DNA from: an uncultured Gammaproteobacteria bacterium
GTDB taxonomy: Bacteria; Patescibacteriota; Patescibacteriia; Magasanikbacterales; JBBTQS01
DNA: 64,000 bases
Assembly: GCA_964627055.1 (NCBI GenBank)
Contig: CAZVGV010000002.1
Coordinates: forward strand, 19,802 to 83,801
Reading direction: 5' to 3'
Position numbers and translations under genes: made by a program
The notes under the pieces: generated by a model
Told to the model about the DNA's origin: nothing
The model's input: the letters and a program-made list of their open reading frames with translations, nothing else
Database searches by the model: none
Shown: positions 1-10,730 of the stretch, one piece after another
Numbering within the stretch: position 1 is the stretch's first letter
How the letters are laid out: every line of letters begins with the position of its first letter

Positions 1-1
1 C

Positions 2-208
2 CGGGCCGGCGACGAATTCGTCACGGCAGGTGGTGTAGTCCTGGACGAAGTGGATCCAGCAACCATGCAATCCCGACTCCAAGCTGGTCTGTACTTCGCA
101 GGTGAAGTGCTTGATGTTGACGGTGTTACAGGCGGATTCAACCTCCAAGCATCCTGGGCCACAGGAAGACTTGCCGGGGCAAGTGCTGCACATGGGCACG
201 CGCAATAG
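2..208 (+). CDS. 3' fragment of an HI0933/BaiN-family flavoprotein; the 5' end lies outside the window
   Basis: Frame-2 translation gives ...[49 protein letters not shown], which is the characteristic C-terminal [21 protein letters not shown] motif of HI0933-like FAD proteins. The stop codon TAG is at 206-208. Confidence 0.5.
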   Translation, partial: RAGDEFVTAGGVVLDEVDPATMQSRLQAGLYFAGEVLDVDGVTGGFNLQASWATGRLAGASAAHGHAQ

Positions 209-209
209 A

Positions 210-1529
210 TTATCGACGCTCTCTCGGAGAAGTCTTTGGGGCAGCCGCCTTTGCTGCACGTAACTGTGCTTGAATTTCGGTGAAATGCTGCACGTGATTA
301 CGGATGCCGTACGCACGGGTCACGAGCTTGATTCGGTTTGGCTGCAGATTCACAAGCTCAATAGCTGCAATAACTTCTTCAGGATTGAACGTTTTTCCAT
401 CAATATCCTGAACGCCGATTTCTCGGATCACCCGATATAATGCGCTATATGTAGCAGTCGCTTCGATCTTCCTACTCCACTGCTGCGCACGATCGGGCTC
501 AACATCCACCACCACCGCGCGATCGCCCGTATCAACACTGCTACGACGATTCGGTTCATCACGACGTTGTTCTGGTGCATTGCCACGCTTCAAGAATCTA
601 CCAAACACTGCCGTGGCATCATCATTCTTTGCTCCTGGTTTTCCAGAAATGCCACACGCATGTGCGTCTTGTGCGAGTCTACGTGCAACAGATGCTGGAG
701 ATTCGTTTGTACGCTGTTGCGACTTCTGCGCAATGGTATCTTCAGTAAAGTTATCAGACACACCATCAGTCACAAGCAAGAATCCTTGCATCCCTTCAAG
801 GGATACTGTCTTGATAACCGGCGTCGTATCTAGTGACTGACCAGCCATCTCCGTTGTAACATTTCGCTGCTTATAGAGATTCCGATCTTCTTCTGACAAC
901 GTGCTCGGATCAGTGACATTACTGAACATTCGCTGCACCTCCATTGCATCATCATCTGTACGAATACGTCCCTCAGATCGCAACACGGATTGGAGCAGAC
1001 TATCATCCACGGTCTGGGGCTCTAGCGAACCATCCTCATGTTGGAGATACGCTCGACTGTCACCAATATGACCGATGACGACACACGGCGCTTCATGTGG
1101 AGGACGACATACTCGAAGTACGACGACCGTTGTGAGATTCTTCGAGAGATTTGGTGCATCCTTCTGCACCCATCCATTGACAATTGCGTCTCGATAAATA
1201 CGCGCATTTGCTTCTGCGATAGCTGTTATCACCAATCGTTCCGTCTCTTCAACTGAGATGGTTACAGGATGCTTGGCAAGCACTTCCTTGACTGCATCAC
1301 GTCCGATCTTTGCCGCTCTATCACCTCGTGGCGATGTGGACATGCCATCAAATACTGCATAACTCTCAACGTCGTTCAAACAAAAAAACGCATCTTCGTA
1401 TGGATGCTTTGTTCCTGCAGTGCTTTCTGCCCCCGCCTCTGTGTAGCCGCTTGTTTCACGTCGCTCTCGCTCCTCTGCTGTTCGCAAGAACTCTGAACCA
1501 GCTACACGACGCAATAAATTTTTGATCAT
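210..1529 (-). CDS. PP2C-family Ser/Thr protein phosphatase with a roughly 190-aa C-terminal extension of unknown function
   Basis: PP2C motifs are present: YEDAFF, FDGMSTSPRGDRAA (the DGMGG-like motif), GDSRAYL and LLVTDGVSDN. The C-terminal half matches no family I recognise. Confidence 0.75.
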   Translation of the reverse strand: MIKNLLRRVAGSEFLRTAEERERRETSGYTEAGAESTAGTKHPYEDAFFCLNDVESYAVFDGMSTSPRGDRAAKIGRDAVKEVLAKHPVTISVEETERLVITAIAEANARIYRDAIVNGWVQKDAPNLSKNLTTVVVLRVCRPPHEAPCVVIGHIGDSRAYLQHEDGSLEPQTVDDSLLQSVLRSEGRIRTDDDAMEVQRMFSNVTDPSTLSEEDRNLYKQRNVTTEMAGQSLDTTPVIKTVSLEGMQGFLLVTDGVSDNFTEDTIAQKSQQRTNESPASVARRLAQDAHACGISGKPGAKNDDATAVFGRFLKRGNAPEQRRDEPNRRSSVDTGDRAVVVDVEPDRAQQWSRKIEATATYSALYRVIREIGVQDIDGKTFNPEEVIAAIELVNLQPNRIKLVTRAYGIRNHVQHFTEIQAQLRAAKAAAPKTSPRERR

Positions 1530-1551
1530 AGAGACCGATCAATTGTCAGCT

Positions 1552-1560
1552 AGTATAGCA
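1552..1560 (-). promoter_or_regulatory. Putative extended -10 element (TGcTATACT) upstream of the PP2C gene
   Basis: The minus strand reads aTGcTATACT, about 22 nt before the ATG at 1529. The same nonamer recurs upstream of several other genes in this window. Confidence 0.3.
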
Positions 1561-1621
1561 TAAGCCGCATCAGATACACGAACACCGCTGCACAGTATGC
1601 ACAGCGGTGTTCAAGATGGCA

Positions 1622-2176
1622 TCAGAGGGCGTTGAACTCGAGGTACCCGTGACCCGGCGTTCTCAGCGCCGAAACGATCGAGACGGGACGGATGATCTCC
1701 GTGCCTTGGTAGATGAGCGAGACTGCGTTGATCTGGACATCTTCGCCGTAGTTGTACGCTGCGGCGAATGTGGCCGCGGTGATCACGCCTTGCTGCACAC
1801 CTGAGTTGACCATGACCAGCGCCTCAAGCGGCGAGAGCACGACCCTACGGACGTTCTCGAGCGTATGGTACAGACTCACGTGCGGTATGAACAGATGCGT
1901 CGTCACGTCCTGAACGAAGTCGGGGTCCGTGACCGAGGTGTGTGCAGGTCGGCGCTCCCAACGGTGTCCACTCAGATCGGTGAGGAACAGCCGCCATCCT
2001 ACATGTACACCATCACGTACATCCTGAACCCGCTCGCCCTTGCACCCCAGGATCTCCCACCAGTTCTCATTGATCCACAACATGCGATTGCTCGCCATGA
2101 TGTCACCTCCGAAGTCAATCTGCAACGCGTTATGCGTGCAGGGAATGATCCTACACGCGTTTTGCAAAGATGTCAA
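1622..2176 (-). CDS. Hypothetical protein, likely in an operon with the downstream membrane protein
   Basis: A 184-aa ORF with no recognisable motif. Its start abuts the stop of the 2177..2602 gene, and the overlapping plus-strand ORF 1865..2407 looks spurious. Confidence 0.35.
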   Translation of the reverse strand: MTSLQNACRIIPCTHNALQIDFGGDIMASNRMLWINENWWEILGCKGERVQDVRDGVHVGWRLFLTDLSGHRWERRPAHTSVTDPDFVQDVTTHLFIPHVSLYHTLENVRRVVLSPLEALVMVNSGVQQGVITAATFAAAYNYGEDVQINAVSLIYQGTEIIRPVSIVSALRTPGHGYLEFNAL

Positions 2177-2602
2177 TTACACGGACAACAAGTACGCAGT
2201 GATCATGATGGCCACGAGCTGGTACGAGGTCATAACAAATATCTGCTTGATCCAATAGACGCGCTTGGTATTACCCCAGACCACCGAGGCAATCTGTGTT
2301 GGAGCAATAAATCCAAGCCATACCCAGCCCGCTACTCCGTACGCATGGAACCCTACTTGCGCCATCATGAGATACTTAACAAACATGGCCAACACAAACG
2401 TAGATAACAATGTGATGAGCAATTGCACGCCATAAAATGGCGCCATATCCTTTTGCATCTTCTGCAGTGCCTCCTTGGAGAGATGTGTAACTTCCATGAT
2501 TTGCATCCACCACTTACCGAAGAGCAGCGGTGAATACCAAAGCGCACCCAAAACAAACTGTGCGAGAGCAGCAAGCACAATCATGGCGTAGTTCAATTCC
2601 AT
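2177..2602 (-). CDS. Small polytopic membrane protein (DUF1761-like)
   Basis: A 141-aa protein with four hydrophobic segments and a WYSPLLFGKWW motif typical of DUF1761 membrane proteins. Confidence 0.5.
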   Translation of the reverse strand: MELNYAMIVLAALAQFVLGALWYSPLLFGKWWMQIMEVTHLSKEALQKMQKDMAPFYGVQLLITLLSTFVLAMFVKYLMMAQVGFHAYGVAGWVWLGFIAPTQIASVVWGNTKRVYWIKQIFVMTSYQLVAIMITAYLLSV

Positions 2603-2618
2603 AGGATGATAAAAAAAT

Positions 2619-2708
2619 GGGCGGAGGATGCGAGATTCGAACTCGCGATGACCTTTCGGTCAAACCAACTTTCCAGGCTGGCGCCATAGACCACTAGGCG
2701 AATCCTCC
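2619..2708 (-). tRNA. tRNA-Ser (anticodon GGA)
   Basis: The reverse complement reads GGAGGATTCGCCTAGTGGTCTATGGCGCCAGCCTGGAAAGTTGG-TTTGACCGAAAGGTC-ATCGCGAGTTCGAATCTCGCATCCTCCG. It has a 7-bp acceptor stem, an anticodon loop CUGGAAA (GGA), a long variable arm, a GTTCGAATC T-loop and discriminator G. Whether CCA is encoded is ambiguous (the sequence reads GCCCA). Confidence 0.85.
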
Positions 2709-2714
2709 AGCGTT

Positions 2715-3491
2715 TTATGATTTTGTAGCTTCTTTCTTATACCAGAAGATCATGACGAAGACAAGTGCGGCAATACACCCATATTGCGCCGGTGTAAATC
2801 CGCCATATCGTACATCTGCTCCTGGCACATCAGTAGCCCGCAAAAAATCCAGGAAGAACCTCGCCACAGCGTACAGTGCCACCACCACGAGCATGTGACG
2901 TCCACGCAGCCAACCACGCCAGCGCAACACGAGCACCACCACAGCGATCCCAGCTGCAACGATGGCATCGTAAAGACCAAGATCATGTCTTCCCCACCCT
3001 GCCTCACCCCATGCGCCAGGCTCACGCACGGCAAGCGCAAAATGCGTTAGTGTCCCTGGATGGTCATGAATCAAGAAGCATCCTATACGCCCAACCATCC
3101 AGCCCACCGGCAGTGCGAGCGCTCCAGCTTCTGCAAATGCATGCACGTCCACCTTCGCTCGACGCAACCTCCACACCCCGTACCCTGCTGCCGCGACAAA
3201 TCCACCCAACGACGACATACCGCCGTGCCACACACGCAATACCTCTACCGGATCAACAAGATACGTACCAGGTTCGTAAAAAAAGACATGACCAAGTCGC
3301 GCACCCAAGAATCCCGCCACAATAATTGCAATTGCGTGGTCGACCCAATGTGCCGCACCTTTGCCAGCGCGTGTTGCTTGCACATGCATGAGTCCCAATG
3401 CCACAAGAACCCCTAAGGCCACGAACATCCCCCACACGTGTAGCGTTACTGGCCCAAGAGATACACTATACCATGCGAAGTATGGAATCAT
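2715..3491 (-). CDS. lgt: Prolipoprotein diacylglyceryl transferase
   Basis: Lgt signature segments GARLGHVFFYEP, VWHGGMSSLGG and GRIGCF are present, and the protein is polytopic. Confidence 0.85.
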   Translation of the reverse strand: MIPYFAWYSVSLGPVTLHVWGMFVALGVLVALGLMHVQATRAGKGAAHWVDHAIAIIVAGFLGARLGHVFFYEPGTYLVDPVEVLRVWHGGMSSLGGFVAAAGYGVWRLRRAKVDVHAFAEAGALALPVGWMVGRIGCFLIHDHPGTLTHFALAVREPGAWGEAGWGRHDLGLYDAIVAAGIAVVVLVLRWRGWLRGRHMLVVVALYAVARFFLDFLRATDVPGADVRYGGFTPAQYGCIAALVFVMIFWYKKEATKS

Positions 3492-4876
3492 ACACGTGGA
3501 GTTTTCTTTTTCTTCGGTTGTTTGCCAACAATTGCCATAATGGCATCGATACTATCAACAACAGTGATCAACTTCAGATCCGCAGGCGAAATTGTATGAT
3601 ACGTATCTGCAAGTGACTCGCGCAAAAACTGCACCATCGGTCCCCAGTACTTCGTATCAAAGAGCACAATAGGAACACGCGCCATCTTGTTATTCTGCTG
3701 GAGCGTAAGCAACTCAAAAAGTTCATGGAGCGTACCCAGAGATCCTGGGAAGAATACAAAGGCTTGGCTTGGCGCAGTGAGAATAACCTTGCGCGTGAAT
3801 GGAAATTCGAATGAGACGCTCTTGTGAATGTACTGATTCACCTGCTCCTCTCCATTGAACTTCATGGTGATGCCAACCGGCTCCCCTCCCACATCACGAA
3901 CCCCCTTACTCACCGCTTCCATGACGCCCGCGCCACCGCTGCTCACCACCGTGAACTTCTTACGAGCGAGCTCTCTTCCCAGATGGTACGCAGCCTCGTA
4001 ATAAGGCGAAGCAGTAGACACATGACGGCTCCCAAGAACGGTGATGTCGTTCTTGATCGTCGTCAGGAATTCGAATCCGTCAACCAGTTCTGCCATGATA
4101 CGGAAAATACGCCAATTGATATTGCTCCCACAATCAAACAGATTGTGGGACAGCTCGCACAGTGGAGCTGTTTCGGCCTGCGCATTAATAATTGCTATTG
4201 CTTCCTTCGGTGTATCTACAACCTGTAGCTGCGCGAGCACTTTGCTACTGATTGCTTTGATCTTGCCCTTTGCTTGATCGTGCAAAAACCGAACAATAGG
4301 ATCCCAGTACTCATGCCCAAAAAGAATGATTGGAGCTGTCGGCATCTTACCGATACTCATGTTGTCGTACGCCTCAAAGAGTTCATCAAGTGTACCGAAC
4401 CCTCCCGGAAAATACACAAACGCTCTCGATGGCGCCGTGAGCATTACCTTCCGCGTAAAGAAATAATGAAAGGCGGTCGACTTCTGCACGAACTGATTGA
4501 TCTTTTGCTCGTGAGGCAACTCAATATTGAGTCCCACAGACTCACCGCGTGCTTCCTTTGCACCTCGATTGGCGGCCTCCATGATACCTGGCCCGCCACC
4601 TGTCACCGTTACATATTTATTCTTCGCCAGGAGCCTCCCAAGCTCGCGCGCCTCGCGATACCAGCGCTGATGCGGATCGTGCAATCGCGCAGAACCAAGT
4701 ACAGTCACGGCACGATCAAATGAATTGAGGAACTGATACCCCTCGATGAACTCTGACATGATACGAAAAATCCGCCAGGTGTCACGATACTGCGAAAATG
4801 GATGTTGATACGCAAAAGACAGTGCATCTTGCGGCGGCGGAAGTGGCGGGAGTGAAGGAGCTGACTTGCGAGGCAT
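3488..4876 (-). CDS. Tandem-duplicated LOG-family (TIGR00730) protein: two complete LOG domains in one 462-aa polypeptide
   Basis: Both halves carry the WRIFRIM-E-(V/I)-G helix, a (S/T)GGGxG(V/I)MEAxxxGA motif and a PGGxGTLxELFE motif. Examples are VTVTGGGPGIMEAANRGA..FPGGFGTLDELFEA and VVSSGGAGVMEAVSKGV..FPGSLGTLHELFELL. Confidence 0.75.
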   Translation of the reverse strand: MPRKSAPSLPPLPPPQDALSFAYQHPFSQYRDTWRIFRIMSEFIEGYQFLNSFDRAVTVLGSARLHDPHQRWYREARELGRLLAKNKYVTVTGGGPGIMEAANRGAKEARGESVGLNIELPHEQKINQFVQKSTAFHYFFTRKVMLTAPSRAFVYFPGGFGTLDELFEAYDNMSIGKMPTAPIILFGHEYWDPIVRFLHDQAKGKIKAISSKVLAQLQVVDTPKEAIAIINAQAETAPLCELSHNLFDCGSNINWRIFRIMAELVDGFEFLTTIKNDITVLGSRHVSTASPYYEAAYHLGRELARKKFTVVSSGGAGVMEAVSKGVRDVGGEPVGITMKFNGEEQVNQYIHKSVSFEFPFTRKVILTAPSQAFVFFPGSLGTLHELFELLTLQQNNKMARVPIVLFDTKYWGPMVQFLRESLADTYHTISPADLKLITVVDSIDAIMAIVGKQPKKKKTPRV

Positions 4877-4882
4877 AGAACG

Positions 4883-6325
4883 TTATTCGAGGTTCGGCGT
4901 ACGCGTGTGCCAATCAGTCGCACGCTGATACTGATGCCCGAATTGCAATACGCGCGACTCAGCCATGCGTGGTCCAATAATCTGCATCCCAATGGGCAAC
5001 CCATCACGATCGAACCCACACGGTACCGACAACCCAGGCACACCGGCAATCGATGCTGGTGATACGAATGCATCGGTAAGATACATCGCAAGTGGGTCAT
5101 TGCTCTTCTCGCCAATCTTGAATGCAGTCGTTGCTGAAGTTGGTGTGAGCAACACATCGACGCTTTCCCATGCACGCGTGAAATCCTCGATAATACGTGT
5201 ACGAACTTGCAACGCCTTATGGTAGTACGCGTCGTAATACCCAGCCGAAAGCGCGTGCGTACCAATCATGACACGGCGCTTCACTTCATCAGGGAATCCT
5301 GCGGTACGCGCACTGTTGTACATTTCAAGCAGATCTCCCTTGCCACGAACGCCATAGCGCATACCATCCATGCGAGCAAGGTTGCTGCTGTCTTCACACG
5401 GAACGAGAATATAATACGCTGCGATTGCATACTTGGTGTGCGGCATCGAGACTTCGTGCACGGTGCATCCTAGCGAGGTATACACCTTGATTGCCTCTTC
5501 AACAGCCTTCGCAACATCTGGCGCAATACCATCGCCAAAATATTCCTTGGGGATTCCAATACGCATCCCAGTCACACCTTGTTCAATTTCTTGTGTGTAT
5601 TTCGGTACGACATCCGGTACAGTTGTAGCATCATGTGCGTCGATACCAGCCATGGTTTCCATCACAATTGCAACATCCTCCACCGTTCGAGCCATCGGCC
5701 CTACCACATCAAGCGACGATGCCATCGGCATGATACCGTAGCGAGAATTACGGCCATAGCTTGGCCTGAACCCGACCACACCTGTAAGCGCTGCCGGATA
5801 TCTGATAGACCCTCCTGTATCTTCAGCAATCGCATACACGCACATATCTGCCGCCACTGCTGCCGAACTGCCACCAGAACTCCCTCCTGGCACACGTGTC
5901 ACGTCCCAAGGGTTTTTCGAAACACCATAGTGCGAATTCTCCGTGCTCGATCCATGGCCGAATCCATCACAGTTGTGCTTGCCTACAATCACGCCATGCT
6001 CTGCACGCAATCGACCAACGACCGTTGCATCAAACGGTGGAACATACGTGTCGAGAATATGTGCCGATGCTGTGCTGCGGATACCTTTTGTGCAAATTGC
6101 ATCCTTCACACCAAACGGAACACCCGTGAGCGTCGTTGCCTCACCACGCGCGATCACCTCGTCGGCATCTCGCGCCATAGCGAGTGCTGCCTCTTCATCA
6201 AGCGAGACATTCGCATTCAACACCGTATTCAATTTCTGATTACGCGTAAGATACTCTGTCGTGAGTTCCACCGCAGAGCATTCCTTTGCCGCAAGCATGT
6301 TAGCAACCTGTCGAATCGTTCGCAT
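4883..6325 (-). CDS. gatA: Glutamyl-tRNA(Gln)/aspartyl-tRNA(Asn) amidotransferase subunit A
   Basis: The amidase signature GGSSGGSSAAVAA is present. The protein is 480 aa and the gene sits directly downstream of gatC. Confidence 0.9.
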   Translation of the reverse strand: MRTIRQVANMLAAKECSAVELTTEYLTRNQKLNTVLNANVSLDEEAALAMARDADEVIARGEATTLTGVPFGVKDAICTKGIRSTASAHILDTYVPPFDATVVGRLRAEHGVIVGKHNCDGFGHGSSTENSHYGVSKNPWDVTRVPGGSSGGSSAAVAADMCVYAIAEDTGGSIRYPAALTGVVGFRPSYGRNSRYGIMPMASSLDVVGPMARTVEDVAIVMETMAGIDAHDATTVPDVVPKYTQEIEQGVTGMRIGIPKEYFGDGIAPDVAKAVEEAIKVYTSLGCTVHEVSMPHTKYAIAAYYILVPCEDSSNLARMDGMRYGVRGKGDLLEMYNSARTAGFPDEVKRRVMIGTHALSAGYYDAYYHKALQVRTRIIEDFTRAWESVDVLLTPTSATTAFKIGEKSNDPLAMYLTDAFVSPASIAGVPGLSVPCGFDRDGLPIGMQIIGPRMAESRVLQFGHQYQRATDWHTRTPNLE

Positions 6326-6327
6326 AC

Positions 6328-6618
6328 CTAGAGTACTGGAGGAACTACCAACGCATCTCCTACTCGCTCGGGAAATTGGCTCAAAATTGCCTCACGTGTC
6401 TGTGCATCTGTCTCGTTGACACGATCAGAACGCAACACATTGGTGAGACCTGTTACTTGTGCTGTTGCTGGGATATCCTTGATATCCACCTCGTTGAGCA
6501 TTTCCATGTACGCAAAAACACTCGCAAGCTGCTCACGGTACTTCTCAACCTCAGCGTCCGTAAGAGACAAGCGGGCCAGTTGCGCCACCTTTCGAATGTA
6601 GTCAGGAGTCAATTCCAT
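6328..6618 (-). CDS. gatC: Glu-tRNA(Gln) amidotransferase subunit C
   Basis: The sequence MELTPDYIRKVAQLARLSLTDAEVEKYREQL.. matches GatC, and the gene is adjacent to gatA. The ORF extends to 6651, but MEL at 6618 is the likelier start. Confidence 0.8.
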   Translation of the reverse strand: MELTPDYIRKVAQLARLSLTDAEVEKYREQLASVFAYMEMLNEVDIKDIPATAQVTGLTNVLRSDRVNETDAQTREAILSQFPERVGDALVVPPVL

Positions 6619-6657
6619 GGAACCAGTGTAACACAGGAAGTACCGGGACAAAAGAGC

Positions 6658-8679
<2,022 letters not shown>

Positions 8680-8695
8680 TCAATGTACTCGCACC

Positions 8696-9154
8696 TCACT
8701 GCACCGTTCCTGCTGGTGTGATCGTTACCATTCCAGAAATGCCATTTACCTCACCTTCAAGCTCTGCCCGGACCGTATAGGATGTATACGGCTCCTTCGA
8801 TTCATACTGATACTCGCGTGTGCCGCTTGGTGCAACTGGAATCCGTATCTTAAGATCCTGGTCATTGCATTGACTCGCCTCCTTTGCAAACCCATCTTCA
8901 CCATCATCACAAAGATACAACGCCTCGCCTGACCCAATCGTACGTGGAGTATCTGCGTGTGGGTATTCTTTCTTCTTATTGAAGTACAGCTCAAGTCCCG
9001 CATGGATAATCTGCAAATCTGCCAGTCGCGCCTTGTCCCGCGATGTCTCGCGTGCCATACCGAGAGCGACTACCGCAAGGGTGCTAAGCACGCCAATAAT
9101 TGCAACCACAACGAGTAACTCAATAAGCGTAAATCCAAGCTGTTTGCGTTGCAT
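8696..9154 (-). CDS. Type IV pilin / pseudopilin-like protein (class III signal peptide)
   Basis: The N-terminus MQRKQLGFTLIELLVVVAIIGVLSTLAV carries the prepilin peptidase cleavage and N-methylation motif G/FTLIEL. Confidence 0.8.
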   Translation of the reverse strand: MQRKQLGFTLIELLVVVAIIGVLSTLAVVALGMARETSRDKARLADLQIIHAGLELYFNKKKEYPHADTPRTIGSGEALYLCDDGEDGFAKEASQCNDQDLKIRIPVAPSGTREYQYESKEPYTSYTVRAELEGEVNGISGMVTITPAGTVQ

Positions 9155-9159
9155 AAAAA

Positions 9160-9594
9160 TCAGGATAGATATTTGCGTAAAAACGTAACAACACCATCAG
9201 GTGTATATTGTGATGTTATCAATACTGCATCAGCACCTGCAGCAGTAAGCTCACGCACATCTGCAGGTGAAGCGCTCGGTGTGGTAACCACTACCTGTGC
9301 ACCCTGCGACGTAATCTGTGGAATGAGTGACACAACATTCAAACTCATATCCACCAGTACCAACCGATACTGGCGACGTGCCATCTGCTCCTGCATGCGA
9401 CGTGCTGTGAGCACCGTATCCACAGTAACCGCATGTGCTTCAGCAAGTCTTCGCTTAAGAATAGACGCGAGCATTTGATCTGGTTCTACGAGCAATACGC
9501 GTCGCGTTGCTGGTGGCTCGACTGGGGCTGAAGTCGTTGGTTTTGGTCGTGGGTGACGGGGCATACCCCTATTACAGCGCAAGCCGAAGCGCAA
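9160..9594 (-). CDS. CheY-like receiver-domain protein, possibly degenerate, lying between pilM and the pilin gene
   Basis: It shows a beta1-like RVLLVEPD, a beta3-like RLVLVDMSL with a conserved Asp, and a beta4-like VVVTT. There is no transmembrane segment, so it is not PilN-like. The start codon is uncertain. Confidence 0.35.
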   Translation of the reverse strand: MRFGLRCNRGMPRHPRPKPTTSAPVEPPATRRVLLVEPDQMLASILKRRLAEAHAVTVDTVLTARRMQEQMARRQYRLVLVDMSLNVVSLIPQITSQGAQVVVTTPSASPADVRELTAAGADAVLITSQYTPDGVVTFLRKYLS

Positions 9595-10672
9595 GTCCAG
9601 TTGCCACGCTCATACGTGGCCCAATGGAATCAAGCACTGGCTTGAGTGCTGATGGGGTCAGTACTCGCGCCCATGGATCACCAATCGACGTCTTGATGGA
9701 AAAATGATCTTCAAGCATTTCGCTCAATTGTGCAACACCACAAGAACCACCTGTGAGTATAATGCGCTCAGGTTTTGCGTTCTCCCGCTGTACCTGCTCT
9801 GAGAAAAGCAAGAATCCGTACTGCATTTCCTTTACAATGGGTTGCAACGTTCGCTCCAGCATTTCACGCATGACTCGCTGTGTTTCTGGAGACGAAGACC
9901 GACTCAGATCTTTCTTGACCTGCTCTGCGTCCTCTTGCGAAAGTGATAACGTATCCTGAATGAGTGTAGTGATCGTGAGACCGCCAATCTCGATGCTTCG
10001 CTGCGTACGCGGAATACCTCGCTCCACCATGAAGAAATTCGTTCGCTTCGAACCCATGTCTACAATCATTGTCGTTGCAGGATCCGTACCAACAAGTGAC
10101 CGGATCAAACCAAAAGCTTCGGTTTCAAGACTCTCCAATGAGATCTGCGCTTGATAAAAGATCTTGCTATACCGCTCAACAATAGATTTCAATGTAGCAA
10201 TCACCAACACTTCACGCGTCTTCGACTTTCGAGCCGATGTATTGTCCCCAGACATGTCTGCGATGCGCTCGTCCATAAGACGTGTATCGAGCACAATATC
10301 CTTTGGATCGTACTGCAGTAATTTTGTTGCCTGTGCTTGCGCTGCTGCGCGCATCGATTCAGGATCAGACTCTGGCACACGCACCACAACACTGAAAACC
10401 TGCGAAACTGGCAAGGACGCGCTGGCTATTGTTGCACGTGCTCCACAGGCGTCATACACCTTGCGCAATCGCTGTGCATACAGTGCAACGGCACGTGCCT
10501 CCTCTTCTGCTGACCCAGCACGCTGATGCACCGACGCATCAAAAACATCCCCAATACCATACGTCGCAAGACGCGGACGTGTCCCGGATTTCGACAGTTC
10601 CACCATCTTTACTCCACGAGCACCGATATCCACACCGAGAACATTGGTATTTGTTTTGGCAAAAAGTCCCAT
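9572..10672 (-). CDS. pilM: Type IV pilus assembly ATPase-like protein PilM (actin/FtsA fold)
   Basis: MGLFAKTNTNVLGVDIGARGVKMVELS is a typical PilM N-terminus. I chose the ATG at 10672 as the start; the ORF track extends to 10804, which would overlap cysS. Confidence 0.75.
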   Translation of the reverse strand: MGLFAKTNTNVLGVDIGARGVKMVELSKSGTRPRLATYGIGDVFDASVHQRAGSAEEEARAVALYAQRLRKVYDACGARATIASASLPVSQVFSVVVRVPESDPESMRAAAQAQATKLLQYDPKDIVLDTRLMDERIADMSGDNTSARKSKTREVLVIATLKSIVERYSKIFYQAQISLESLETEAFGLIRSLVGTDPATTMIVDMGSKRTNFFMVERGIPRTQRSIEIGGLTITTLIQDTLSLSQEDAEQVKKDLSRSSSPETQRVMREMLERTLQPIVKEMQYGFLLFSEQVQRENAKPERIILTGGSCGVAQLSEMLEDHFSIKTSIGDPWARVLTPSALKPVLDSIGPRMSVATGLALRLAL

Positions 10673-10681
10673 ACGGGAGAG

Positions 10682-10690
10682 AGTATACCA
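10682..10690 (-). promoter_or_regulatory. TGGTATACT extended -10 element placed 9 nt before the pilM ATG (leaderless-type promoter)
   Basis: The minus strand reads TGGTATACTctctcccgtATG. A palindromic GTATAC core overlaps a TATACC element reading toward cysS on the plus strand. Confidence 0.35.
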
Positions 10691-10730
10691 CACGTTGCCC
10701 ATGCTGTGCGAGGATGCTAGGATGGCACAT

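Noticed and set aside
1865-2407. A plus-strand 180-aa ORF overlapping the 1622..2176 and 2177..2602 minus-strand genes
   Set aside because: It overlaps two co-linear minus-strand genes, one a clear membrane protein, and has no motif or upstream signals.
2615-2622. An encoded CCA on tRNA-Ser
   Set aside because: The sequence after the acceptor stem reads GCCCA. Whether this is discriminator G + CC(C)A or an unencoded CCA cannot be decided by eye, so the tRNA 3' end is approximate.
5579-6331. A plus-strand 250-aa ORF inside gatA
   Set aside because: It is antisense to a well-supported gatA, and its translation is Cys/His/Arg-rich with no domain.
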